Source of the DNA: Acidimicrobiia bacterium
Lineage (GTDB): Bacteria; Actinomycetota; Acidimicrobiia; IMCC26256; JADLDD01
Assembly: GCA_020846855.1 (NCBI GenBank)
Contig: JADLDD010000047.1
Location: forward strand, 10,909 to 74,908
DNA length: 64,000 nt
Direction: 5' to 3'
The first letter of the stretch is position 1, and each line of letters begins with the position of its first letter. Shown in pieces: positions 27,173-39,177 of the stretch. The notes under the pieces were generated by a model, which did no database searches, had not been told where the DNA came from, and was given only the letters and a program-made list of their open reading frames with translations. The position numbers were made by a program, and so were the translations under genes.

Positions 27173-28420
27173 GTGCGCAGGTACCTGATCCGAATCAGCA
27201 GCGTCGCCCTCGCGGCCGCCCTGGTCCTCTCCGCCTGCTCCGAGAGCACCAAGGACGACGGCAAGGGGTCGGGGAACGGGGACCGCGAACCCGCCACCCG
27301 GACCACCCGGGGCGTGACCGATACCTCCGTCAAGGTCGGGGGGCTCGTCTACGACCTGTACTTCGGCGACGCCCGGGTGGGCGTGCAGGCCCGGATCAAG
27401 CAGGCCAACGACGCCGGTGGCGTCCACGGCCGCCGGATCGAGGTCGTGGAGGCCGAGAACGACAACAACGACGCCGCCAAGGGGCTCGAGATCACCAAGC
27501 GCCTCGTGGAGAGCGAGAAGGTGTTCGCGCTCCTGCCCGTGAACTCCGGCGTGTTCGGAGGCGGCGACTACGCGGCCCAGAACGGCGTCCCGGTGTTCGG
27601 ATGGGGCGTGAACCCCGGGTTCTGCGACAAGCCGAACGCATTCGGGATCACCGGCTGCGTCACCAACCCGTCGTTGAAGGTGGCGTCGAACGCGCTCGGC
27701 ACCGCGCTCGAGAAGCAGCTGGGCACCAGCGACAAGACGATCGCGTTCATCGGCGAGGACAACGACGCCGGCCGCGGGGGCATCAAGCTCCTCACATCGT
27801 CCGTCGAGGACAAGGGGTTCGAGGTGGTGATGGCCGATGCCTCGCTCCCCGCTCCTCCCGACGTCCCCGGCGACGTGAGCCCGTTCGTGACGCAGCTGCT
27901 CAAGTCCGACGGCGGCCAGGCGCCCGACATCATCTACCTGATCGCCACCCTGTCGGGCACCAAGATCTCGGCCGCGCTCCAGGCCGCCGGGTTCAAGGGC
28001 ATGATCGTGACGCCGTCCTACAGCCCGCTCCTGCTCGGAGTGCCCGGCTACGACGGGACGTGGATCAACACCCAGCTCGGGATGGACCCGAAGGTCGCGG
28101 CCAACGCCGAGATGCTGAAGGCCGTCGCGGCCGTCAAGCCCGACCAGAAGCTCAACCTGGCCGTGGCGGCGGGGTACTGGGCGGCCGACATGTTCGTGAA
28201 GGCGCTCGAGAAGACGGGTCGCGACCTCACGGTCGAGCGGTTCCTCGCCGCGCTCAACGGCGGCGGCTTCACGTACGAGGTGCCGGGGGTGGTCGGGCGG
28301 TCGGAGTGGCCCGGGAACCACGAGCACCCCGTTCCGTGCTCGGCGATGACCGAGGTCCGGGGCAAGGAGTTCATCCCGACGGTGCCGCTGGCGTGCGGTC
28401 GCAACATCCCCGTCGAGTGA
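27173..28420 (+). CDS. ABC transporter substrate-binding lipoprotein (type-1 periplasmic binding fold, Liv-like)
   Basis: Part of ORF 26810-28420. GTG 27173 is preceded by GGAGGA. Lipobox AALVLSAC. Confidence 0.8.
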   Translation: MRRYLIRISSVALAAALVLSACSESTKDDGKGSGNGDREPATRTTRGVTDTSVKVGGLVYDLYFGDARVGVQARIKQANDAGGVHGRRIEVVEAENDNNDAAKGLEITKRLVESEKVFALLPVNSGVFGGGDYAAQNGVPVFGWGVNPGFCDKPNAFGITGCVTNPSLKVASNALGTALEKQLGTSDKTIAFIGEDNDAGRGGIKLLTSSVEDKGFEVVMADASLPAPPDVPGDVSPFVTQLLKSDGGQAPDIIYLIATLSGTKISAALQAAGFKGMIVTPSYSPLLLGVPGYDGTWINTQLGMDPKVAANAEMLKAVAAVKPDQKLNLAVAAGYWAADMFVKALEKTGRDLTVERFLAALNGGGFTYEVPGVVGRSEWPGNHEHPVPCSAMTEVRGKEFIPTVPLACGRNIPVE

Positions 28421-28482
28421 TCCCGGTCGAGCGACGGCGCCCGGTCGCCGCCCTGGCGCCGGCATGAGGTGACCCGGACGCC

Positions 28483-31446
28483 GTGGCGCAGTTCCTGAGC
28501 CTCGCCCTGGCGGGGGCGGTGTCGGGCGGGCTCTACGCCGTCATGGCGTCGGGCCTGGTCCTGACCTACCAGGCGTCGGGGGTCTTCAACGTGGGACACG
28601 GCGCGGTGGCGTTCGCCACCGCGCTCGTGTTCTACGTGCTCCACCAGCCGGCCGCGGAGGGGGGAGCCGGCCTGGCCGTCGTGCCCGCCGCGATCATCTC
28701 CGTCGGGCTGTTCGCCCCGCTGCTGGGCTGGTTCCTCGACCGGTTCCTGTTCCGGCGGCTGGCGGGGGCGCCGGAGGCCACCCGCCTCGTGGGGGCCGTG
28801 GGCGTGCTCATCGCCCTCCCCGCCGCGGCCCTGCTGACGATCGCCGCGTCGAACGCGTTCCTCGGCACCGACCTGCCGACGGCGTCGGGGGAGCAGGGCA
28901 TACAACCGCCCGGGCTGGGCCCGTGGCCGGCGCGGTCGTTCTCCCTGACCCGGGGGGTGGCGATCGACTCCGACCAGATCGCCGTGCTCGCGGCGGCGGC
29001 CCTGGCCGCTGTGGGGCTGTGGTACCTGCTGCGCCGGACCCGTCTCGGCCTCGAGACCCGCGCCGCCGTCGACCGCGGGGTCCTGGCCCGCCTCCGCGGC
29101 GTCGACACCGACCGCGCCTCGATGCTGGTGTGGATGGTCACGACCTTCCTCGCCGGCCTCGCCGGGGTGCTGATCGCGCCGCTGTTCGACCTCAGCGCCA
29201 TCACCTTCCACATGATCGTGTTCACGTCGTTCACGGCGGTGGTGGCGGCCCGCCTCCGGTCGGTGCCGGGGGCCTTCGCCGCCGGCATCGCGCTGGGCGT
29301 CGTGCAGAACCTCGTCAACGGCTACGCGCCCGATCTCCTCACGGAGATATCCGGCTTCCGGAGCTCGGTCCCGTTCCTCCTGCTGTTCGTGCTGCTCTTC
29401 CTGGTCCCCACCCGGGGCCGCGACGCGGGTTCGGTGGCGGAGGAGGCACCGCCGATCGACCCGGCGGGCGACCTGCCGGCCTGGCGTCGCCGGCTCCCGT
29501 GGGCGGTCGCCGCCGCGGTGTTCTGCGCCTACGGGCTCTGGATCGCCGACGCCTACTGGACCGGGATCCTGAACCGGGGCCTGGTGATGGCCCTGGTGCT
29601 CCTGTCCTTCGTGGTGGTGACCGGCCTGGGAGGGATGATCAGCCTCGCCCAGGCGACCTTCGTGACGGTCGGTGGGTTCACCACCGGGTGGCTCGTCACC
29701 CACCAGTGGCCCTCGACGGTGCCCATCCTGATGGACAACGGTCGCGTCACGTTCTGGCTCGCGGTGCTCGGGGCCACCGTGCTGACCATGGCCGTCGGCG
29801 TGCTGGTGGCGCTGCCGTCACTGCGCTTCGGCGGCCTGATGCTGGCCCTCGCCACCCTGGCCCTGGCCTTCGCCGGCGACCGGCTCGTGTTCCAGCTCGA
29901 GGGTGTGCGCAACGGATCGTCGGGCTGGTCGATACCCCGCCCCGCGTACGGGCCCGTCGACCTGGCCGACGACCGGACGTTGTTCGTGGTGCTCGTGGCG
30001 ATGGTCGCGCTCGCGGTGGCGCTGGTGGTGAACCTGAACCGCTCGGCGACCGGCCGGGCCGTGCTGGCCCTCCGCTCCTCGGCCGTGGCCGCCGCGACGT
30101 CAGGCGTCGCCCCCACCCGGGTGAAGCTCACCGTGTTCGCGGCCTCGGCGGGGCTGGCCGGCTTCGCGGGCGCGTTCTTCGCGCTGGTGAACAGCCCCAT
30201 GACCAATACGAGCGCGCCCGCCCTGGTGGGGATCGTCTGGCTCGCGGTGGCGGTCACGTTCGGGATCCGGCGCCCAGCGGGCGCGGTGGTCGCCGGCGTC
30301 GTCTACGCGATGGTGCCTCCCTGGCTCTCCGGCATCGGGGTGTCGTGGGGGGCGCCGTGGTCCTCGCTCCCCGGGTCGGTGCGGGAGGTCGTCGCGAACC
30401 CGGACCTGCCGGTGATGCTCTTCGGCCTGGGCGCGCTGAGCCTGGCCCGCCAGCCCGACGGCGTGCTGGCCGACGTGGGGGCCGCCCTGGCGCGCCGGCG
30501 CGCGGCTCGGCGGGCGCGGCCGGCCGCCGAGCCCACCGAGGCCGTGGCGCCGGCCGGGACCGCGGGCCCGGTGGTGCCGGTCCCGGTCGAGCCGGTCCCG
30601 GTCGAGCCGGCCCTGATGCCGTCCGCACCCCGGGGCGCGGGCCCGGACGGGTCGGGTGCCGCGGTCGCGGCCGAGGCCGGCGCCGTGCTCGAACTGCGCG
30701 GGGTGTACGCCGGCTACGGCGAGGTGGAGGTGTTGCACGGCGTGTCGCTGTCGGTGGCCCCCGGCGAGGTGGTGGCGGTCCTGGGCGCCAACGGAGCCGG
30801 CAAGTCGACCCTGTGCGCGGTCGCCGCCGGGCTGGTGGCACCGTCGCGGGGCGAGGTGGTGCTGTCGGGGCGTGACGTGACCTCCGAGCCGCCGTTCCGG
30901 CGGGCCCGTACCGGGCTGCTCCTCGCACCGGAGGCCCGGGGCGTGTTCCCCGGCCTGTCGGTCGACGACAACCTCGCGTTGCGCCTGCGCTCGGCCGAGC
31001 AGAGGCGCGCGGCGCGGGGGCGCTTCCCGATCCTGGGCGACCGTCACGACCAGCTCGCGGGCCTGCTCTCCGGTGGGGAGCAGCAGCAGCTCGCGCTCGC
31101 GGTGGCGCTGGGCGACCCTCCTGCCGTCTTCATCGCCGACGAACCGACCCTCGGCCTGGCCCCGCTGGCGGTGGAGGCCGTCGTCGAGGCGCTGGCCGAG
31201 CTGAGGGACCGGGGCAGCGCCGTGGTGCTGGTGGAGGAGCAGGCGGCCACGGCGCTGCGCCTGGCCGACACGGTGGTGGTGATGGAGCTGGGCCGGGTGG
31301 CGTGGAGGGGCCCGGTGAGCGAGGTGGACGCCACCCGGCTCGCGGCGACCTACCTGGGAGAGGCCGACCTCGTGGGTCGTGGGCCCGGTGCCCGGTCCGG
31401 CGACGAGGAGGCCGACGGGGAGATCAGCGAGGAGCCGACTCGCTGA
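28483..31446 (+). CDS. Fused LivH-like permease + LivM-like permease + LivF-like ATPase (single 987-aa ORF)
   Basis: ORF 28483-31446, with no in-frame stop. aa 1-300 are LivH-like ([18 protein letters not shown]). aa 330-650 are LivM-like ([16 protein letters not shown]...[12 protein letters not shown]). aa 715-987 are an ABC ATPase ([31 protein letters not shown]). Confidence 0.85.
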   Translation: MAQFLSLALAGAVSGGLYAVMASGLVLTYQASGVFNVGHGAVAFATALVFYVLHQPAAEGGAGLAVVPAAIISVGLFAPLLGWFLDRFLFRRLAGAPEATRLVGAVGVLIALPAAALLTIAASNAFLGTDLPTASGEQGIQPPGLGPWPARSFSLTRGVAIDSDQIAVLAAAALAAVGLWYLLRRTRLGLETRAAVDRGVLARLRGVDTDRASMLVWMVTTFLAGLAGVLIAPLFDLSAITFHMIVFTSFTAVVAARLRSVPGAFAAGIALGVVQNLVNGYAPDLLTEISGFRSSVPFLLLFVLLFLVPTRGRDAGSVAEEAPPIDPAGDLPAWRRRLPWAVAAAVFCAYGLWIADAYWTGILNRGLVMALVLLSFVVVTGLGGMISLAQATFVTVGGFTTGWLVTHQWPSTVPILMDNGRVTFWLAVLGATVLTMAVGVLVALPSLRFGGLMLALATLALAFAGDRLVFQLEGVRNGSSGWSIPRPAYGPVDLADDRTLFVVLVAMVALAVALVVNLNRSATGRAVLALRSSAVAAATSGVAPTRVKLTVFAASAGLAGFAGAFFALVNSPMTNTSAPALVGIVWLAVAVTFGIRRPAGAVVAGVVYAMVPPWLSGIGVSWGAPWSSLPGSVREVVANPDLPVMLFGLGALSLARQPDGVLADVGAALARRRAARRARPAAEPTEAVAPAGTAGPVVPVPVEPVPVEPALMPSAPRGAGPDGSGAAVAAEAGAVLELRGVYAGYGEVEVLHGVSLSVAPGEVVAVLGANGAGKSTLCAVAAGLVAPSRGEVVLSGRDVTSEPPFRRARTGLLLAPEARGVFPGLSVDDNLALRLRSAEQRRAARGRFPILGDRHDQLAGLLSGGEQQQLALAVALGDPPAVFIADEPTLGLAPLAVEAVVEALAELRDRGSAVVLVEEQAATALRLADTVVVMELGRVAWRGPVSEVDATRLAATYLGEADLVGRGPGARSGDEEADGEISEEPTR

Positions 31447-32194
31447 TCGTCACCTTGCTGATGGTCACCTTCTTCGTGGGCGGGCCGTCGCCGGTGTCGG
31501 GAGCGTAGGACCCGATCCTGCGGGCCACTTCGAGGCCCTTGGTGACCGTCCCGAAGCGGGCGTAGTCGTTGGGGAGCGTGGTCCCGCCCGGGCCGGTCAC
31601 GACGAAGAACTGCGACCCGAAGGTGCCCGGCGGGTCGGCCGCGCTCTTGGCCGCGGCGAGCGACCCCTCGGGGTAGTGGTCGGTGGGCACCTCGCCCTTG
31701 ACCGTGTAGCCGGGTCCGCCCGATCCGTCGCCGGCGGGGTCGCCGCCCTGGATCACGAAGTCCTTGGCGGAACGGTGGAAGGTGAGGCCGTCGTAGAAGC
31801 CCTCGCGCGCGAGGAACACGAAGTTGTTGACCGCCACCGGCGCCTTCTTGGCGTCGAGGGCGATGACGATCGTCCCCTCCGACGTCTCGAGTGTGGCGGT
31901 GTAGGTCTTCGCCGGATCGATCTTCATCGGCGGCGGCGAGTCGAACGTCCGGGCCGGGTCCTTGGTGCTCTTGCCCGCGGTGGTGCTCGTGGTGGAGGTC
32001 CGGTCGCGGGGCTTCTCGCCGTCGTCGCCCCGGGTGACGTTGAGGATCAGGATGATCCCGGCCACGATGACGCCGGCGATGAGCGCGTTGCGCACGGCCC
32101 GGATGGTGCGCGAGCGCTTCTCGGCCCGGACCGCCGCGGCGCGGGCCGCCTCCCGGTTCTGGCGCTGTCGCTCTCTCTTGGCCGCTTTGGACAC
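31424..32194 (-). CDS. Membrane-anchored cyclophilin-type peptidyl-prolyl cis-trans isomerase
   Basis: Last 256 aa of ORF 31424-34117, from GTG 32194. Basic N-terminus plus a TM helix, then [25 protein letters not shown]...GSQFFVV. The 3' end overlaps the convergent ABC gene by 23 nt. Confidence 0.85.
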   Translation of the reverse strand: MSKAAKRERQRQNREAARAAAVRAEKRSRTIRAVRNALIAGVIVAGIILILNVTRGDDGEKPRDRTSTTSTTAGKSTKDPARTFDSPPPMKIDPAKTYTATLETSEGTIVIALDAKKAPVAVNNFVFLAREGFYDGLTFHRSAKDFVIQGGDPAGDGSGGPGYTVKGEVPTDHYPEGSLAAAKSAADPPGTFGSQFFVVTGPGGTTLPNDYARFGTVTKGLEVARRIGSYAPDTGDGPPTKKVTISKVTISESAPR

Positions 32195-32245
32195 GGGCGC
32201 GGAGTGTACCGACGGGCGCCCGCCGGGCTCGATCGGGCCCGCTGG

Positions 32246-32251
32246 TACCGT
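32246..32251 (+). promoter_or_regulatory. -10 box TACCGT, 6 nt upstream of the ask GTG (leaderless-type)
   Basis: TACCGT-ggcccc-GTG(32258). Confidence 0.4.
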
Positions 32252-32257
32252 GGCCCC

Positions 32258-33475
<1,218 letters not shown>

Positions 33476-33476
33476 C

Positions 33477-34505
33477 GTGGCCCGCCTGGGCGTGATCGGC
33501 GCCACCGGCCTCGTCGGCGGGGAGATGCTGCGGATCCTCGAGGAGCGGGCCTTCCCGGTCGACGAACTGCGCGCCTTCGCCTCGCCTCGCTCCGAGGGTC
33601 GCCGCCTACCCTTCGGCGGCGGCGAGGTGGTGTGCCGCGTCCTGGAGCCGGGCTGCTTCGACGGCCTCGACCTGGTGGCCGTCGACGTCGACGACCCGCT
33701 CTCGGTCGAGTGGTCGCCCGTCGCGGCCGCGGCCGGGGCGACCGTCGTCGACAACTCGGCCGCCTTCCGCATGGACGACGACGTCCCGCTCGTGGTCGCC
33801 GAGGTGAACCCCGGCGACGCGCACCGGGCGCCGAGGCGCATCGTCTCGAACCCGAACTGCACCACGATGGTGCTCGTCACCGCGCTGGCCCCGCTGCACC
33901 GGGCGGCGGGCATCGACCGCATGGTGGTGTCGTCGTACCAGTCGGTCTCGGGGGCGGGTTGGCCCGGCATCCACGAGCTCGACGACCAGTGGACCAAGCT
34001 CGACGGGCGGTCCGAGGCGTTGCGCCGGGCCGGCGCGGTCGACGGCGTGATCGTGCCCGGCGACGTGTGGCCCAAGCCGATCGCCGGCAACGTGATCCCG
34101 CTGGCCGGTTCGGTCAAGGATGCCGGCTACACGTCCGAGGAGTGGAAGCTCGTCCACGAGAGCCGCAAGATCCTGCACGCCCCCGACCTGGCGGTCACCG
34201 CCACCTGCGTGCGGGTACCGGTCTTCGTGGGTCACGCGCTCGCGGCCAACGTCGCCTTCCACCGACCCGTGCGGCGTGAGGAGGCGATCGACCTGCTGGC
34301 GGCGGCGCCGGGGGTCGAGCTGGTCGACGGCGGCGACGGCTACCCCACGCCGCTCGACGGTGCCGGGGTCGACCCCGTGCTGGTCGGCCGGGTGCGCGAC
34401 GACCCGTCGAACCCCGGAGGGCTCGACCTGTGGGTCACCGGCGACAACCTCCGCAAGGGCGCGGCGCTGAACACCGTCCAGATCCTCGAGGCGCTGGCGC
34501 GCTGA
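33477..34505 (+). CDS. asd: Aspartate-semialdehyde dehydrogenase
   Basis: ORF 33477-34505. GVIGATGLVG, SNPNCTTM (active-site Cys), SYQSVSGAG, and RVPVFVGH. Confidence 0.93.
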   Translation: MARLGVIGATGLVGGEMLRILEERAFPVDELRAFASPRSEGRRLPFGGGEVVCRVLEPGCFDGLDLVAVDVDDPLSVEWSPVAAAAGATVVDNSAAFRMDDDVPLVVAEVNPGDAHRAPRRIVSNPNCTTMVLVTALAPLHRAAGIDRMVVSSYQSVSGAGWPGIHELDDQWTKLDGRSEALRRAGAVDGVIVPGDVWPKPIAGNVIPLAGSVKDAGYTSEEWKLVHESRKILHAPDLAVTATCVRVPVFVGHALAANVAFHRPVRREEAIDLLAAAPGVELVDGGDGYPTPLDGAGVDPVLVGRVRDDPSNPGGLDLWVTGDNLRKGAALNTVQILEALAR

Positions 34506-34535
34506 ACGTCCGGCGAGCCGCGACCACCCGGCTCA

Positions 34536-34557
34536 CCCCCGGGGGATCAGCCGGGGG
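34536..34557. terminator. GC hairpin CCCCCGG-N8-CCGGGGG between convergent asd and the CocE-like gene
   Basis: Stem 34536-34542 / 34551-34557. The loop contains the stop codon of the minus-strand gene. No U-tract. Confidence 0.25.
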
Positions 34558-37500
34558 CCACCACCCAGAGCCGGAAGTCGGACCGCCCCGTGGGGCGATC
34601 GTGCCGGTCGGACCGCCACACCCTCAGGACGTGCCACCCGGGAGCGACGTCGTAGCCGGGGCGCGGGCCGCAGCGGGTGGGCGTGGCGCCGTCGAGCGAG
34701 CACAGGTAGCCCCCACGGTGGTTGGCGCCCGTCACCACGAAGTCGGCGCGCGTCGAGCTCTCCACGCCCTCCGGTCCGCTCCTGATCCGTACCGACGGTG
34801 CCGGACCCACCTCCCAGACCCTCAGCTGGCCCGGGCCGGTTTCGCCCCGGGCGTCGACGGCCTGCACCATGAAGGAGTGGAGACCGGGCGCCAGGTGCCG
34901 CATCACGACCGGCGACGTGCACGCCTCTGAGCGGACGGCGTCGTAGTAGCAGCGATAGGTGAGGCCCGCCTCCATCGTGAAGCGGAGCTCGGCGTTGCGC
35001 GCCGGGGTCACGCCCACGGGCCCGCGGGTGATGACCGGGCGGGCGATGGGCGCGCCCACCTCGACGGTGGGTGAGGCGCTCGACTCGGGGCCGGCGCCGG
35101 AGGCGGTGAGGGCCGCCACCGTGAAGCTGAAGCGGCCGGGCCCGAGCCCCTCGAACAGCGCCGAGGTCTCGGACGGGCCGACCTCGCGCGTCGCTCCGCT
35201 CGGGTCGGCCGTCACCCGGTAGCCGACGATCTCCAGGTCGGCCCGGTCGGGGGCCGGGTCCCAGCTCACCGTGGCCGTGGTCCCGTCGACATCCGCGGTC
35301 ACGCCGGTGGCGACACCGGGGGGTACGTAGGCCCGGCACGGCTGGCCCCGCAGCGACGGGCACGGTGCGAGCGGGGCGTCGAGCGCCACACCGGGGATCA
35401 CCGGCAGCACCACCCGCGACGGCATCCCCGCCGTGTGGGCGATCGAGTCGGTCACCGGCTCGGCGGGGTCGAGCGCCCGGAAGGTCCACAGCGGCCGGTC
35501 GCCGCCGGGCGCCTCGATGCTCAACCGGATGCGCGTACCGGCCCGGAACACGTGGCCGAACGGGAAGATCTCCACCCGCGCGGGGACGAACTCGCCCGCC
35601 GGCAGCGGCACGGCGTCGCTCTCGAGGTGCGTCTGGACCGGCCGCAGTTCGGTGGAGCGGGCGGCGTCGAGCTTGCGGTGGCCGGCCCTCAGCCAGCCGT
35701 TCTGCACGTAGCGCTCCTGGCCGTCGGGGCGGACCTCGGTGAGGGTGACCTGGAGGTCGGTGTCGGCCGCGGTCGACCGCAGCCACAGGTCGACGCTTCC
35801 GGTCCCGGCCATGGCGGTGTCGGCGGCCAGGGGGGGCGACAGGTACGACAGCGCCTTGCCGTCGACGAGCGGGGTCCAGTCGTACTTCGGGTCGGCGAGC
35901 CAGATGTCGGATGACGAGCCCGAGAAGTTGGCCCGGGGCCGGGCGGACAGGTCGTACACGTACGAGTCGACGCCGCGCGGCTCGTCGTCGGCCAGGGTCG
36001 GCGGTTCCGGGCCGAGCCGGCCGTCGGGCTGGAGGTACCACGCGGTCGGCACGGTCTGCGCCGGGGGCCACTGGGAGAGCCCCGACTCGCCCGCCGGTTC
36101 CGGCGAGCCGGCGGGCGAGCCGGGCCGGGCCCCGTTCTCCCAGAGGATCCGCACCGGCGGTTCGGCCTCGTAGGCCGCGAGCGCGCTGGCGAGGTCGGGG
36201 TAGCCGGTGAAGCGATCGGGGGGGAGCTGGATGTTCGGGACGCCGGTGATGGTGGCGAAGATGATCGGGGCGACGGCCCGGGCGCCGGCCGGGATCTCCG
36301 GGATCCGCCGGGCCACGTAGAAGTCGAGGAACTCGACCATCCGGGCGAGGATCTCGGGATCGAGGGCGTCGGCGTGGGTCCCGTTCTGGGCCGTGACCTT
36401 GAAGGCGCCCTCGGGCACCGAGGTGAAGTTGGCGATCATGTTCGGCCAGTGGCCGCCGGTCTGCTCGTCCTGCCAGGCCCCGGCCAGGAACGTCGGTACG
36501 TCGATCTCGTCCACGAAGCTCGCCGGCGCGAGGGCGTCGCCTCCCGGAGGGAACAGGTCGCTGCCGACCGGCGGGAAGTACTGGTTGTCGATGATCTGCT
36601 GGAGGAACTCGCGGTTCTGGCCCCGCAGCAGCATGTTGAAGGAGCACTGCTGGTCGCCGGCGGCGATGCGGTTCACGGCCCAGCCGTTGCCGATCGGGTC
36701 GGGCCAGCGGTTCTGCTCGACGCGGTCGGTCGCCCACCCGAGCGCGAACCCGTCGTTGAAGATGCCGCCCGGGTAGAGGGTGCCGCGGAACGTGTCGTCG
36801 ATCACCGACAGCGGCGTGATGGCGGCCAGGTGGGGAGGCCGGGTCCGGGCCACGAAGAGCTGGCTGATGCCCGGATAGGAGATCCCGGCCATCCCGATGC
36901 GTCCGGCCCACGGCTGGGCGGCGATGGTCTCGATGGTGTCGTACCCGTCGAGGCCCTGGAGGGTCTCGAAGAAGTCGAACGCGCCGCCCGAGCAGCCCGA
37001 GCCGCGGATGTTCACGCCCACGTAGGCGTAGCCGAGGAGCTGGGCGAGGATCTTGATGATGGGCTGGCCGGCGTTCGGGTTCGAGGGGTCGTAGCCCGAG
37101 TACTCGAGGAGGGTGGGGTAGGGGCCGCCGTCGACCGGGCCGGGCAGGCTGATCGAGGCGCTGAGCTTCGTGCCGTCGCGGGTGGTGATGTACCCGTAGC
37201 CGGCCTCCGCCGGCTGACCCGGCGCCTGGGCTCGCAGCACCTGGTCGGTGTAGAGCGAGGGCGGCGGTACGTCGTCGGGAGCGGTCACGGTCAGCGGGCC
37301 GATCTCGGTGCCGGCGTGGCCGGAGCCGTCGTCGCCGAGGGCGACCCGGTACCCGGTGCCGGGGGGCACCTGGTGGAAGAGGAGGCCGCCGAGGGAGTCG
37401 GTGGTGCCCGCCTGCACCATCGCGCCGGTCTCGTCACGGAGCGTGACGGGCGTGCCGGCGGGAGTACCGATGACGTACGCCTGCTCGACGCTGCCGCCGG

Positions 37501-37624
37501 CGACGACGCCGTCGTAGAGGGGGCTCTCGGCGGCCGCCGTGCCGATCGGCCCCGTGGCGGGAGCGAGGAGCCCGACGACGAGGGCGAGGGTCAGTACTCC
37601 GCGCGCGAGGGCCCGGTTGCTCAT
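34547..37624 (-). CDS. Secreted CocE/NonD family (S15 X-Pro dipeptidyl-peptidase-like) hydrolase with C-terminal FN3-like and Cys-containing beta domains
   Basis: Lower part of ORF 34547-37837. ATG 37624 is preceded by GGGAGGAA. Signal peptide MSNRALARGVLTLALVVGLLAPA. YPTLLEYSGYD, GISYPGISQ (nucleophile elbow), VSWDPAPD...GYRV (FN3-like). Confidence 0.8.
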   Translation of the reverse strand: MSNRALARGVLTLALVVGLLAPATGPIGTAAAESPLYDGVVAGGSVEQAYVIGTPAGTPVTLRDETGAMVQAGTTDSLGGLLFHQVPPGTGYRVALGDDGSGHAGTEIGPLTVTAPDDVPPPSLYTDQVLRAQAPGQPAEAGYGYITTRDGTKLSASISLPGPVDGGPYPTLLEYSGYDPSNPNAGQPIIKILAQLLGYAYVGVNIRGSGCSGGAFDFFETLQGLDGYDTIETIAAQPWAGRIGMAGISYPGISQLFVARTRPPHLAAITPLSVIDDTFRGTLYPGGIFNDGFALGWATDRVEQNRWPDPIGNGWAVNRIAAGDQQCSFNMLLRGQNREFLQQIIDNQYFPPVGSDLFPPGGDALAPASFVDEIDVPTFLAGAWQDEQTGGHWPNMIANFTSVPEGAFKVTAQNGTHADALDPEILARMVEFLDFYVARRIPEIPAGARAVAPIIFATITGVPNIQLPPDRFTGYPDLASALAAYEAEPPVRILWENGARPGSPAGSPEPAGESGLSQWPPAQTVPTAWYLQPDGRLGPEPPTLADDEPRGVDSYVYDLSARPRANFSGSSSDIWLADPKYDWTPLVDGKALSYLSPPLAADTAMAGTGSVDLWLRSTAADTDLQVTLTEVRPDGQERYVQNGWLRAGHRKLDAARSTELRPVQTHLESDAVPLPAGEFVPARVEIFPFGHVFRAGTRIRLSIEAPGGDRPLWTFRALDPAEPVTDSIAHTAGMPSRVVLPVIPGVALDAPLAPCPSLRGQPCRAYVPPGVATGVTADVDGTTATVSWDPAPDRADLEIVGYRVTADPSGATREVGPSETSALFEGLGPGRFSFTVAALTASGAGPESSASPTVEVGAPIARPVITRGPVGVTPARNAELRFTMEAGLTYRCYYDAVRSEACTSPVVMRHLAPGLHSFMVQAVDARGETGPGQLRVWEVGPAPSVRIRSGPEGVESSTRADFVVTGANHRGGYLCSLDGATPTRCGPRPGYDVAPGWHVLRVWRSDRHDRPTGRSDFRLWVVAPG

Positions 37625-37766
37625 GTCGTTCCTCCCCGCCGGACTCGCTCGGCGCGAGTCCGGTCCCGCATAGTGTGGCGTGGGCCGGGAGGGTACCAGT
37701 TCAGACGCCCGGTTTGCCCATTTCCGGGCAGATGGGCACCAGCCGACCTCGCGTAGGAGGACCAGC

Positions 37767-39062
37767 GTGGCCACCTCACTCGCCGACGCCGACCGGCGCC
37801 CGTCGGCCACGGCCACGGCCCGCCGCGGGGCCGCCACCGCCGCGGTACTGGCCCGGCACTCGCTGCGCGCCGCCCGCTCGGGCCGCGGCGACGGGGGAGC
37901 GGGGGCCGCCCGTGAGGCCCGCGAGGCGTTCGCCCGGCTGGGTCCGACCTACGTGAAGCTGGCCCAGCTCATCGCATCGAGTCCGGGCCTGTTCCCCGAG
38001 GTCCTGGCCGAGGAGCTGCGCTCGCTGCTCGACCGCGTGCCTCCCGTCCCGTACCCCGAGGTCCGCCGGGTCGTGGCCGCCGAGCTGGGCGACGAACCCG
38101 AGGCCGTGTTCGGCCGCTTCGACCCGAACCCCCTCGCCTCGGCGTCGATCGCCCAGGTCCACGCCGCCGAGCTCCGCAGCGGGGAGGAGGTCGTGGTGAA
38201 GGTCCAGCGCCCGGGGATCCGCACCCGCCTCGCGGCCGACCTCCGGATCCTGCGACGCATCGCGTGGGTGCTCGAGCGGACCTCGGCCCGCGGGAGGATC
38301 GCGAACCCGGCCGCGGTGGTCGACGACTTCGCGACCACGCTGGCCGACGAGCTCAACTTCGTGGTCGAGGCCCGCTCGATGGACACCTTCGCCTCCAACC
38401 TGCGCTCCTTCGGCAGCAACGACGGGGTGCGGGTCCCCACCGTCGTCTGGGAGCTGACCACGCCCCGCGTGCTCACCATGGAACGGATCCACGGCTACAA
38501 GGTGGACGACCTCGCCCGTCTGGGCGAGACGGGCTGGGACCTGCCGGGTGTGCTCAAGCGCGGGGTGATGGCCTGGATGGAGGCGGCGCTCGAGCACGGC
38601 TTCTTCCACGGCGACGCGCACGCGGGCAACCTCATGCTCGACCACGAGGGCCGTGTCGTGTTCCTCGACTTCGGGATCGTCGGCCGCCTCGACGAGCGGA
38701 CCCGGGGCGTCCTCCGGCGGGGCCTGCCGGCGCTCGTCGTCGACGGCGACTTCATGGCGGTGGCCCGCGCCATCTACGAGATGGGCGCGGTCGGCAAGCC
38801 GGCCGACCTCGAGCAGTCGGCGCGTGACGTGGCCGAGGTGCTGGCGCCGATCGTCGGCCGCCCCCTCTCGGAGATCTCCTACGGCCAGGTGCTGATCGAC
38901 ATCGTGAGGGTCGGCACCCGCTACGAGATCCGCCTGCCCCGGGAGCTGGTGCTGGTGGCCAAGCAGCTCCTGTACTTCGAGCGCTACGCCAAGCTGATGG
39001 CGCCGGGCTGGAACCTCCTCGAGGATCCCGACCTGGTGGCCTTCGTCCTTCGCGACTCCTGA
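37767..39062 (+). CDS. ABC1/UbiB (AarF) family atypical kinase
   Basis: Part of ORF 37680-39062. GTG 37767 is preceded by AGGAGG. LGPTYVKLAQLIASSPGLFP, ASASIAQVHAA, VVKVQRPG, HGFFHGDAHAGNL, DFGIVGRL. Confidence 0.88.
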   Translation: MATSLADADRRPSATATARRGAATAAVLARHSLRAARSGRGDGGAGAAREAREAFARLGPTYVKLAQLIASSPGLFPEVLAEELRSLLDRVPPVPYPEVRRVVAAELGDEPEAVFGRFDPNPLASASIAQVHAAELRSGEEVVVKVQRPGIRTRLAADLRILRRIAWVLERTSARGRIANPAAVVDDFATTLADELNFVVEARSMDTFASNLRSFGSNDGVRVPTVVWELTTPRVLTMERIHGYKVDDLARLGETGWDLPGVLKRGVMAWMEAALEHGFFHGDAHAGNLMLDHEGRVVFLDFGIVGRLDERTRGVLRRGLPALVVDGDFMAVARAIYEMGAVGKPADLEQSARDVAEVLAPIVGRPLSEISYGQVLIDIVRVGTRYEIRLPRELVLVAKQLLYFERYAKLMAPGWNLLEDPDLVAFVLRDS

Positions 39063-39177
39063 CCGGCCGCGCCGCCGGTCCGCCCGGACCACGGGGCGCG
39101 ACCGGGCGCGTCGGGTGGCCGGTCGGGCTCGACGGTCTCGAACGGGCGGTCCTCGACGGACTGCACCGGACTCCGGC

